This document shows, one piece after another, positions 55,585 through 64,000 of a DNA stretch of 64,000 bases. The DNA comes from an uncultured Actinomycetota bacterium. Lineage in GTDB: Bacteria > Actinomycetota > Acidimicrobiia > Acidimicrobiales > Bog-793. Both the position numbers and the translations under genes were made by a program. The notes beneath the pieces are model-generated. The model saw only the letters and a program-made list of their open reading frames with translations, was not told the DNA's origin and did not search any database. The stretch spans positions 2,242,437-2,306,436 of the forward strand of contig CAVVDX010000001.1 in assembly GCA_963747085.1 (NCBI GenBank), in the 5' to 3' direction. Position 1 is the stretch's first letter. Each line of letters begins with the position of its first letter.

Positions 55585-56659
55585 GTGCGCGTCCTCACCG
55601 TCAACGCCGGCTCGTCGAGCCTCAAGCTCGCCGTCGTCGAGCACGGCACGGCGGTGGCGAGGGAACAGGCCGACCAGCCGCCGCGCGTGAGCTCGACGCG
55701 ACCTGGCTCGGCGAGGCGCTCGGTCGCCTCCCCGCTCCCGACGCCGTCGCCCACCGGGTCGTGCACGGCGGGCGCCGCTTCACCGGGCCGGCGCTGCATC
55801 GACGGCGCGGTGCTCGCCGAGCTCGAGCGGCTGACCCCGCTCGCTCCGTTGCACCAACCGCCGGCCCTCGAAGCGATGCACCTCGTCGGTCGCCGGCTCA
55901 GCCAGCTGCCGGCGGTGGCGTGCTTCGACACCGCGTTCTTCGCTGAGCTCCCCGCAGAAGCGGCGACCTACGCCGTCCCCGAGGAATGGCGTGAGCGTCA
56001 CGGCGTGCGTCGCTACGGCTTCCACGGCCTCTCGCACTGCTGGATCGCCGGCCAGGTCGGGGTGGGGCGGCGCCTGGTCAGCTGCCACCTCGGGGCGGGG
56101 GCCTCGCTCGCCGCCGTGCACGACGGCCGGCCACTCGACACGACGATGGGCTTCACGCCCGCCGAGGGTCTCGTGATGGCGACGCGGTGCGGCAACCTCG
56201 ATCCCGGCGTCGGCCCGTACCTGTTGCGCCGCGGTGTCTGGCTCGACGAGCTCGAGCAGGGCATCGAGCTCGGTCGGAGGCCTGCAGGGCCTTGCCGGCA
56301 CGGCGGACATGGTCGCCGTGCTCGCCGGCGCGGCCAAGGGTGGGGAGCGTGACGTGCTCGCCCGCGACGTCTATCTCCACCGCCTGGCTGCGCTCGTCTC
56401 GGCGATGGCAGCTGCGCTCGGAGGGCTCGACGTGCTGGCCTTCGCCGGCGGGGTGGGGGAGCACTCGGCGGAGGTGCGGGCGGCGACGGCGCAGCGCTGC
56501 GCCTTCCTCGGGCTCGAGCTGGACGACGACGGCCAACGAAGGCGTCGGCGCCGGAGGCGGCAGGGTGAGCGCAGCGACGAGTCCGGTGCTGTCGAGGTCG
56601 TGCCGGCGCGCGAGGACCTCGAGATGGCCCGCCAGGTCGAGCAGCTGCTCGGCCGCTGA
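55585..56659 (+). pseudogene. ackA: acetate kinase, frameshifted as assembled
   Basis: [25 protein letters not shown] (other frame), RYGFHGLSH, CHLGAGASLAAV, and MGFTPAEGLVMATRCG. The tail lies in ORF 56234-. Confidence 0.85.
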
Positions 56660-56665
56660 GCGGAG

Positions 56666-56684
56666 GCGGCCGCTGGGCGGCCGC
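56666..56684. terminator. GC hairpin between convergent ackA and whiB
   Basis: GCGGCCG-CTGGG-CGGCCGC (7-bp stem), 7 nt after the ackA stop. Confidence 0.35.
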
Positions 56685-56698
56685 GCCGTCGCCGCGCC

Positions 56699-56986
56699 TC
56701 AGCGGGCTGCGGGCAGGTGCAGCGGCCTCGTCTCCCGGCCTTGGCGCAAGCGCTGGCGCTGCTCGTCAGTCGTGCCACCCCAGATGCCGAAGAGCGCGGG
56801 GTCTGCGAGTGCCTCGGCCAGGCAGGCGTCGCGCACCGGGCAGCGCCGGCAGATCGCCCGGGCGAGCGAGGAGCTCTGGCCGTCGGCAGGAAAGAACAGG
56901 CGCACGTCGCGGTCCCGGCAAGCGGCGAAGTCCTGCCACACCTTGGGCGCACGGTGGTCGTCCGGAATCCTCCGCTCGCTCGACAT
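56699..56986 (-). CDS. WhiB-family (Wbl) iron-sulfur transcription factor
   Basis: Four Cys (AACRD, ICRRCPVRDAC) and GIWGG turn. ATG 56986 has AGGAGG 5 nt upstream; GTG 56992 is an alternative. Confidence 0.85.
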   Translation of the reverse strand: MSSERRIPDDHRAPKVWQDFAACRDRDVRLFFPADGQSSSLARAICRRCPVRDACLAEALADPALFGIWGGTTDEQRQRLRQGRETRPLHLPAAR

Positions 56987-57159
56987 GCTCACCTCCTGCT
57001 CGGATCCTCGACCTGCTGCGGTCCTCGACGGCCTCAGTGTGCCCCGTCGAGCTGTGAGGTTTCTGAAGGCGAGATGAGAGCTTTCGGAGCTTCAACGGCG
57101 AGCGTTGCGCCCGAGCACCAGCGGCACCGGCCGTGGGTGAAGCAGCGCCGCTCGAGCGC

Positions 57160-57951
57160 TCAGTCCTGGCGGCGTACCCGCAGTGCGGGCTGCCCGAGGG
57201 ATCGAGCCGGCACCGCCGGGCCGGTCGCCGAGCCGGCGAGCGAATCCGGGTCCTGCCCGCGGTCGGCCACCGCAGGGGCGTCGTCGTCCCTGCCCGGGGG
57301 AGGGCCTGCGGCGCCCGCACCCGCGGCGCCCGCACCCGGCGCCTCGACCCGCCAGGCGGGCGCATGTCGAGACAGCCACGACGACCGCACGGTTCCGGTG
57401 ACCATGCTGCGCAACGCCGGCGGATGGGTGATCGCGAACAGGATGTGGCCGACGACGACCACGATCACGGCGAGGGCGAACCAGTCGTGGACGAAGGTCG
57501 CTCCCGTGCGCCAGCTCACCGCGAAGAAGTTGCCCCACCGCAAGATGAGGCCGGTGACGAGCAGGACCGTGAGCAGCGAGCCGATCCCGAAGGTGTTGAG
57601 CTTCTGGCCCGGATTGAACTTGCCGATGGATTCCCGACCCGAGCGGCCGAGCGTGCGCAGCCATCTCAGCTCGGGACGTGAGAAGCGGTTCATCGATTTG
57701 AGGTCGGTGCGCAGCTGCCGTCCCCACGGCCCGGCCACCGCGGCGACGAGCGGGAAGAAGATGGCGATCCCGGCGTAGACGTGGATGTCCTCGATCAGCA
57801 GGCGGCGCCCGACGGCGACGCTGAGGGAGGGGATGTACAGGATCACGCCGGTGACGCTCACGGTGAGCACGAGGAGCGCCGTGAGCCAGTGCGTCGCCCG
57901 CTCGACGCCGTCGAAGCGCCGGACGCGGCCCTCAGCTGTCGAGCCGCGCAC
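57160..57951 (-). CDS. membrane b-type cytochrome (hydrogenase/formate dehydrogenase cytochrome b-like)
   Basis: Four TM helices with candidate heme His residues (ERATHW, DIHVYAG, FVHDWFA, VGHILFA). The GTG start overlaps the upstream Mo-enzyme gene by 20 nt. Confidence 0.7.
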   Translation of the reverse strand: MRGSTAEGRVRRFDGVERATHWLTALLVLTVSVTGVILYIPSLSVAVGRRLLIEDIHVYAGIAIFFPLVAAVAGPWGRQLRTDLKSMNRFSRPELRWLRTLGRSGRESIGKFNPGQKLNTFGIGSLLTVLLVTGLILRWGNFFAVSWRTGATFVHDWFALAVIVVVVGHILFAITHPPALRSMVTGTVRSSWLSRHAPAWRVEAPGAGAAGAGAAGPPPGRDDDAPAVADRGQDPDSLAGSATGPAVPARSLGQPALRVRRQD

Positions 57952-58862
57952 CGTGGTACCCGTTCGATGCGCCGATCCAGGCCTCGACGTCGTAGCCCTC
58001 CTGCTCCCAGAAGCCGGGCACGGCGTCCTCGACCACCGAGATCGAGCTCAGCCACTTGATCGACTTGTAGCCGTACATCGGCGCGACGTACAGCCGCACC
58101 GGGCCGCCGTGCTCGGCGGGTGATCGGGGCGTCGAGCATCTCGTAGGCGACGAGCACGTCCGTGCGATGCGCCTCCTCCATCGTGAGGCTCTCGGTGTAG
58201 ACGCCGTCGAAGGAGGTGAACTCGACTGCGTGCGCCCCGGCCTTCGGTCGGGCCATGTCGATGAGGTCGCCGAGCAGCACACCCGCCCACTCGACGCCTG
58301 GCACGACCCAGCCCGTCACGCACTGGAAGGGCTTGACGAGCTCGGTCCGCGGCAGCGACCGCAGCTGGTCGTAGGACAGCGTCATCGGCCGCTCGACCAG
58401 CCCGCCCACCTTCAGGGTGTAGCGGTCGGGCGCGATCCAGGGATAGTTGTTCGTGACGGTGTAGATGCGGAAGCGGTCGGCGCCGGGGATGAGCGCGCCG
58501 AGCCCGCTGCCGTTGGTGTTCGTCACGCCCGACAGGAGCGACCCGACCCCCTTCTGCAGCTCTTTTCCGAAGACGACGCCGAGGGCGCCAGCAGCGCACA
58601 CCCCGAGGAACAGGCGCCGGCCGATCGGCGACCCGGCCTGCGCGGGGGTGCCGCCGGTCTCGGGACTCGGGTCGGAGCCGTTCCGCCGGGTTGCAGCGAT
58701 GCTCGCCGGGTAGCGCCGCCCACCCCTCGTCGCGGGCGCCCGCGCCGCAACGTCGCCGTCGCTCGGTGCCCACTCCGTGCCGACCGGGCGTGCCTGCGAA
58801 CCGGCCGGCGTTCCCCCGGCGACGTTGGTCCCGGACTGTTCGCTGGCTTCGTCTCTCGTCAT
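57932..58862 (-). pseudogene. sulfite-oxidase-fold molybdopterin oxidoreductase (MsrP/YedY-like), one frame break as assembled
   Basis: Tat-like GRRLFLGVCAAGALG, Mo-ligand context KPFQCVTGW, EHGGPVRLYVAPMYGYKSIKWL. Extra base near 58123. Confidence 0.75.
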
Positions 58863-58869
58863 CGTCTGT

Positions 58870-58898
58870 GGAGACGCCGAGCGGACCGATTCGATTGC
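58870..58898 (-). promoter_or_regulatory. candidate ECF-dependent promoter GCAATC-N15-GCGTCTCC upstream of the Mo-oxidoreductase operon
   Basis: Identical in both boxes and in spacing to the site upstream of the ECF sigma gene. Ends 7 nt before ATG 58862 (leaderless geometry). Confidence 0.5.
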
Positions 58899-58956
58899 AC
58901 ATTGACCATCGGCGATGCCGCCGGCCGCCACCGAGAGGGGTGATCTGCTCGAGGGC

Positions 58957-59694
58957 TCACAGCGATCTCACGTTCAGCCGGGACACGACGGCGGGCAGCT
59001 GCACGGCCGGCATCCGAGCGGCGACGAGCATCGAGTGCTTGCCCGCCGGTGCGTTCATGCACCACAACCCCACCCCGCCCCGGGTCGCCATCCACGCGCT
59101 CGGCGACGAGCCGTGCATGACGCGGGAGGCGTCGGGCATCCTGAAGGGCTTCTCCGAGACGGCGACGACGGTGAGGATGCCCTCGACGCGGTACGCGCCG
59201 ATGACGACGGGCTGACCGGCGAGGACCAGGTGCTCGGTGCCGTGCGAGAGGGCGAGGCGCTCCGGCGCACCCCCGTTCGACGTCGCCATCGCGGCAATGG
59301 CACTCACCACGGGGGGGTCGTCGACATGTCCGGTGGAGCCGAGCGTCGCCGCCAGCCCCGCGGCGAGCCCGGCGACGAGCAGGCACGCTGCGGCCACGAG
59401 CACCGGCAGCCGCCGCCGGGGACCGGCCGGCGCGCCGGTCCTGGCGGCTGCGACCCGTGTCCCGGCCGTTTGCTCCGCTTCGGCAGCGAGCTCGACGGCG
59501 AGGCGCACGCGGTCGGTCAACCCGGGCGGGGCGGACACGCGCAGCTGCTCGAGGGCGAGCCGTCCGGCGCGGTCCTCCTGGACGGCGAGCCAGCAGGACC
59601 CGCAGGAGAGCAGGTGCTGGTCGAGCGCGTTGCGCTCCTCGCCACTCACCTCGCCGGCGAGCAGGGCGATGACGAGCTCCTCAGAGCAGGTCAC
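58957..59694 (-). CDS. membrane-spanning zinc-binding (ZAS-type) anti-sigma factor
   Basis: N-terminal C3 ... H27-LLS-C-GS-C (HxxxCxxC), one TM (LPVLVAAACLLVAGLAAGLAA) and a 150-aa outer domain. The start overlaps the sigma gene end. Confidence 0.7.
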   Translation of the reverse strand: MTCSEELVIALLAGEVSGEERNALDQHLLSCGSCWLAVQEDRAGRLALEQLRVSAPPGLTDRVRLAVELAAEAEQTAGTRVAAARTGAPAGPRRRLPVLVAAACLLVAGLAAGLAATLGSTGHVDDPPVVSAIAAMATSNGGAPERLALSHGTEHLVLAGQPVVIGAYRVEGILTVVAVSEKPFRMPDASRVMHGSSPSAWMATRGGVGLWCMNAPAGKHSMLVAARMPAVQLPAVVSRLNVRSL

Positions 59695-60320
59695 GGTCCG
59701 CTCCTTCTTCGACGAGCAACCTCGCCAGGCGTCGCCGCCCGCGGTGGGCGCGCGGCCAGCACGGTGCCCCGGGGGCACCCGAGCAGCTCGGCCACCTCGC
59801 TCGCCGTGTGGCCGGCGAGATCCATCAGCACGATGGCCTGGCGCTGCTCCTCCGGCAGGCGCGCGAGGACCCGGGTCACGACATCACGGCTGAGCCGCGC
59901 CTGGACGGCGGCGAAGACGTCGTCGACGGTGTCGCTGCCCGGCGCCCGCCCGGCGCGTGCCGGGCGACCCGTCTCACCGCCGCTCCCGGCGGGGCCTCGG
60001 GGGGACGCCGCGTCCGCACCCGGGTCGGCGCTGAGCAGCTCGCGCGGGCGGCGCGACCGCCGGCGCCAGTCGGAGCGCACGAGGTTGAGGCAGATCGCCA
60101 CGAGCCACGATCGCGTGCTCTCGCCCCGGTGCCCGTCGAACGCGGCGTAGGCGTGCAGGTAGGTCTCCTGCACGAGGTCGTCGGCCAGCTGGGGGTCGCC
60201 ACCGGCGTGGCGGGCGACGCGGTAGACGGCATCGAGGTGGGGCAGCGTGGCGTCGAGGAAGGCTTGATGACCCGCGGATCGATCTCGCGCGGCGCCGCCC
60301 GGTGTCGCCGGCTGGTCCAC
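59681..60320 (-). pseudogene. ECF-type RNA polymerase sigma factor, one frame break near the 3' end as assembled
   Basis: Region 2 DDLVQETYLHAY, region 4 IVLMDLAGHTASEVAELLGCPRGTV. Removing one base near 59755 restores RAHRGRRRLARLL. Confidence 0.8.
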
Positions 60321-60362
60321 GTGACGCCCTCCCCGCGTGCCGCCTGTGCTCCCACACTAGGA

Positions 60363-60391
60363 GGAGACGCACGGGTCGCCCTCGTGATTGC
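60363..60391 (-). promoter_or_regulatory. candidate autoregulatory ECF promoter GCAATC-N15-GCGTCTCC
   Basis: 42 nt upstream of the sigma GTG (60320), with GGGGAGGG SD in between. Same motif as at 58870-58898. Confidence 0.5.
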
Positions 60392-60420
60392 GTGGCGCCG
60401 CCGCCCGCCGCCCGCCGCCG

Positions 60421-62355
60421 TTACTGGCGGAGCTGGGCTCGGCGAGCTCGCAACAGCTCGGCCACGGACCAGGCCTGGAACGGGCAGCCGGTGGCGAGAT
60501 GCGGTGCGTCGCCCTCAGCCGTCTCGGACACCGACCCGAGCCCCCACTCGCCGAGGTGCGCGACGAGCCCGTCGAGCAGCCCCGCCGTGTCACGCCCGGT
60601 ACGTCGCGCCGCATCGCAGAAGGGCCCGACCAGCCACGGCCACACGGTCCCCTGGTGGTAGGCGCGGTCCCGGGCGGACTGGTCGCCGCGGTGGCGCCCG
60701 AGGTAGGCCGGGTCGCCGGGGTCGAGCGAGCGCGGACCGAGCGAGGTGAGCAGCCTCCAGCAGGCGTCGACGACGCGCCCGTCCTCGAGCGGCCCGCGTG
60801 GCAGCGAGGCGGCGAGCAGCTGGTTCGGCCGCAGGGATGCGTCGTCGCCGCCGCCCGGGACGTCGACGACGTCGTACAGGCCGAGCCCGTTCGGGCGCCG
60901 GAACCGCGCCGCGAACGAGCGTCGCGCCCGCCGCTCGAGCTCGTCGAGGCCCCCGCCGGGCAGAAGGGCACGCCGGCGCAGCGCAGCGAGCGTCGCCAGG
61001 GCGTTGATGAACAGGGCGTTCACCTCCACCGCCTTGCCGTGCCGGGGTGTGACCGGGACACCGTCGACCCGGGCGTCCATCCAGGTCGGCGCCACGCCCG
61101 GGGCGCCGGCGACGAGGAGGCCGTCGGCCGGATCGACGCCGATGCCGAACGCGGCTCCGGCGGCGAGGCGCCGCAACAGGCCGAGGAGCGGCTCCGCGAG
61201 CTCGGCGGCCAGGTCCTCGTCGCCGCTCCGCTCGACGTGGCGGCCGACGGCGTGCACCAGCCACAACGGAGCGTCGACGGAGTTGCGCTCGGGGGAGGCG
61301 GCGTCGCCGGTGTTCACGAGCAGGCCGCCCTCGAGCGAGCCGGCGGTCGCCGCCAGCAGCTCGCGACCCTCGCCGATGCGCCCGGTCTCGAGGAACAGGC
61401 CCTCGTAGCTCGTGAGCGTGTCGCGCGCCCAGGCGCCGAACCACGGGTAGCCGGCGACGACCGAAGGTGGCGACGCCGTGACGAAACGATCGGCGGCGAG
61501 CACGAGCGTGCGGTCGGCGTCGTCGCCGGCTCCGGCTCCGGCTCCGGCGCGGGTGAGCAGCGAGCGTGCCCGGGCGCGGGCGGCTGCGCCCAGCCCGGGC
61601 GGAGGTGGCTCGTCGAGCGGTCCGGCGAAGGCCTGCACCGTGCACCGCTGCCCGGAGGCGAGCTCGGCGGCGAAGGTGCCGGCGAACCACAGGTCCTCGC
61701 TGTCGGGCAGTCCGCGCTCGGATTCGACGCGGTAGCGCGCCCCGCGGTACCAGCGACCGTCGGGCGAGTAGAGCGGGCCGCTCACCCGGTAGGCCTGCTC
61801 GAACACGAAACCGTCGCCGGTGCGCTCCACCGTCGGTTCCCCGCTCTCGAGCCGCTCGCCGTTGGCGTCGCGCCAGGTGCACAGCGCGCCGAGCTCGAGC
61901 CTCGCCGGCTCCGCGGCCCGCAGCAGCGTGTAGGAGGCCTCGACCGCGGCGCGGCCGTGCGCCATCGCCAGCTCCATCTCGATCAGCACGTCGCCACAGG
62001 CGTAACGCCAGTTGGGCAGGCCGTCGCGGAGGGCGAAGGACTCGAGGCGCACGTAGCCGTCCGGGTCGACCACGCCGCCTGACCACTCGTGGCACCCGAG
62101 GCGCAGGCGTCGGTCGCCGACGACCAGCACGGGGTCGAGCGCGGCCAGCCCGAGCCGGCGACCGTCTGGCGGGGCGGTCGCCACCACGAGCAGGCCGTGG
62201 TAGCGCCGTGTGCGAAGGCCGGCGACGGTCCCCATGGCGAACCCGCCGAGCCCGTCGCTGAGCAGCCACTCCCGGCGCGAGGCCGCCTCGAGGTCGCCGC
62301 ACACCTGGCGGCCGAAGGCGATCTCGTGCAGCGATCCCGGCGCGCTCGACGTCAT
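60421..62355 (-). CDS. glycogen debranching enzyme / amylo-alpha-1,6-glucosidase family protein
   Basis: Intact. [53 protein letters not shown] and GTVWPWL. ATG 62355 (M43 of the track ORF). Confidence 0.8.
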   Translation of the reverse strand: MTSSAPGSLHEIAFGRQVCGDLEAASRREWLLSDGLGGFAMGTVAGLRTRRYHGLLVVATAPPDGRRLGLAALDPVLVVGDRRLRLGCHEWSGGVVDPDGYVRLESFALRDGLPNWRYACGDVLIEMELAMAHGRAAVEASYTLLRAAEPARLELGALCTWRDANGERLESGEPTVERTGDGFVFEQAYRVSGPLYSPDGRWYRGARYRVESERGLPDSEDLWFAGTFAAELASGQRCTVQAFAGPLDEPPPPGLGAAARARARSLLTRAGAGAGAGDDADRTLVLAADRFVTASPPSVVAGYPWFGAWARDTLTSYEGLFLETGRIGEGRELLAATAGSLEGGLLVNTGDAASPERNSVDAPLWLVHAVGRHVERSGDEDLAAELAEPLLGLLRRLAAGAAFGIGVDPADGLLVAGAPGVAPTWMDARVDGVPVTPRHGKAVEVNALFINALATLAALRRRALLPGGGLDELERRARRSFAARFRRPNGLGLYDVVDVPGGGDDASLRPNQLLAASLPRGPLEDGRVVDACWRLLTSLGPRSLDPGDPAYLGRHRGDQSARDRAYHQGTVWPWLVGPFCDAARRTGRDTAGLLDGLVAHLGEWGLGSVSETAEGDAPHLATGCPFQAWSVAELLRARRAQLRQ

Positions 62356-62392
62356 CCTGCGCCGCGTGGGGTTGTGCGACAGACTGGGCGGC

Positions 62393-64000
62393 GTGGCCGA
62401 CGCCGAGCGGGACCGACTGGACGAGCCCTCCGGTGCGTGGCGCACCTGGGGCCCGTATCTCGCCGAGCGAGCTTGGGGCACCGTACGCGAGGACTACAGC
62501 CCGGGCGGCGACGGCGTGGGAGTACCTGCCGCACGACCACGCACGGTCGCGAGCCTATCGATGGAGCGAGGACGGGCTCGGGGGCATCTGTGACGACCAC
62601 CAGCTGTTCTGTTTCGCCTTCGCCTTCTGGAACGGGCAGGATCCGATCCTGAAGGAGCGCATCTTCGGGCTGACGGGCAACGAGGGCAACCACGGCGAGG
62701 ACGCCAAGGAGTACTGGTGGTACCTCGACTCGACCCCGACGCACTCCTTCATGCGCTGGCGCTACCTGTACCCGATCGGCGCCTTTCCCTACGAGGACCT
62801 CCTCGTCGAGAACCGCCGCCGGTCCAAGCACGACCCGGAGTACGAGCTCGTCGACACCGGCGTGCTCGACGGCGGTCGCTTCTTCGACATCACCGTCGAG
62901 TACGCCAAGGCCGATCCGGAGGATTACTGCATCCACCTCACCGTGCGCAACGCCGGGCCCGAGGATGCCGTGCTGCACGTCCTGCCCACGCTCTGGTTCC
63001 GCAACAACTGGTCCCTCGGCTACGGCGACCGGCGCCCGGAGATCGTCGCCGACGGGGCCGTGCTGCGCGCGCTGCACTCGGGTTGCGGGCCGCTCGAGCT
63101 CGCCGGCGACGGCGCACCGGTTCCCCTCGTGTGCGACAACGAGTCCAATGCCGAGCGCCTGTGCGGGCGTTCCCGGGCCGGCGTACCCGAAGGACGGGAT
63201 CAACGACCACGTGCTGCACGGCGCGCCGACGGTGAACCCGGCGGGCACGGGCACGAAGGCCGCGCTGTGGTACCGCCTGGCGGTGCCCGCCGGCGGCACG
63301 GCCGAGATCCGCGTCCGGCTCGCGCGGCCGTCGGCCGACGGCGCGGCGCTCGAGCTCGGCGCCGGCTTCGAGCGCTGCCTCGCCGAGCGCGCCGCGGAGG
63401 CCGACGCGTTCTACGCCTCGGTGCTGCCGGCCGATCTCGACCTCGAGCGGGCGGCGATCGCCCGCCAGGCCTTCGCCGGCATGTTGTGGTGCAAGCAGCT
63501 CTACCACTACAACGTCACGCACTGGCTCGACGGCGATCCGGGCCAGCCCCCTCCGCCGCCGGAGCGCAAGGAAGGGCGCAACCACGAGTGGCGCCACCTC
63601 AACACCCTCGACGTGATCTCGATGCCCGACGCCTGGGAGTACCCCTGGTTCGCAGCCTGGGACCTCGCCTACCACTGCGCGACCCTTGCCTACGTCGATC
63701 CGGCCTTCGCCAAGGACCAGCTGCAATTGCTCGCCCGGGTCTGGCTGATGCATCCCAACGGCCAGCTGCCCGCCTACGAGTGGGCCTTCAGCGACGTCAA
63801 CCCCCCGGTGCACGCCTTCGCCGCGCTGAAGGTCTTCAGGATCGACGGCTCGAAGGACTACGACTTCCTCGAGGCGATGTTCATGAAGCTGCTCATGAAC
63901 TTCACGTGGTGGGTCAACCGCAAGGACGCCGCCGGCAACAACGTCTTCGAAGGCGGGTTCCTCGGCCTCGACAACATCGGCCCGCTCGACCGCTCCGCCG
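62393..64000 (+). pseudogene. GH63-like glucosidase (MGH1-type), 3' end beyond window, frameshifted as assembled
   Basis: [87 protein letters not shown], and [14 protein letters not shown]. Frames 2,0,1 with breaks near 62512 and 63160. The frame is open to nt 64000. Confidence 0.75.

Overview
Very GC-rich, gene-dense chromosomal segment with Actinomycetota hallmarks: WhiB, MarP-like protease, Lhr, an acyl-CoA carboxylase beta/epsilon pair, many GTG starts, 4-nt start/stop overlaps and leaderless-looking starts. Content is mostly core housekeeping, left to right. It begins with a sigma-70 3' end, a HAD hydrolase, two trkA genes, an APC-type permease and an OB-fold protein. Next come topA-tmk-holB, a hypothetical ORF convergent with a CHAP hydrolase, proS, asd and lysC, and two cyclophilins. 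These are followed by an MBL-rhodanese fusion, a VIT1 homologue, an ArsB/NhaD permease, an orphan OmpR regulator, pyrE and a MarP-like protease. Then GH15 plus glucose dehydrogenase, a membrane GGDEF-EAL protein divergent from a TetR gene, a methyltransferase and ahcY. A two-gene WxL-like/DUF916-like surface module follows, then tRNA-Ser/tadA/tRNA-Ser, SRP RNA, dnaX-ybaB-recR, acyl-CoA carboxylase and lhr. The right end holds a SatP-like channel, PadR, PPOX, the xfp-ackA block, whiB, an ECF sigma/ZAS anti-sigma with a Mo-oxidoreductase and cytochrome b, a glycogen debranching enzyme and a GH63 glucosidase that runs off the window. I found no CRISPR array, transposase, integrase, prophage or recognisable defence island. 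Three points stand out. (1) An exact bipartite promoter-like motif is shared by the ECF sigma gene and the adjacent Mo-oxidoreductase/cytochrome b operon, defining a candidate self-contained envelope redox-repair regulon. (2) A Firmicute-style WxL/DUF916-like surface protein pair sits next to an unassigned 0.8-kb stretch and a tRNA-Ser. (3) There is a striking load of 1-nt indels, mostly insertions. They break about 20 conserved and often essential genes and are concentrated at about 13.3-19 kb, while other multi-kb blocks are clean. I read this as an assembly or consensus error signature, not gene decay. Genes broken as assembled are typed pseudogene for that reason only. Most of the longest ORFs in the supplied track are antisense or out-of-frame shadows typical of high-GC DNA.
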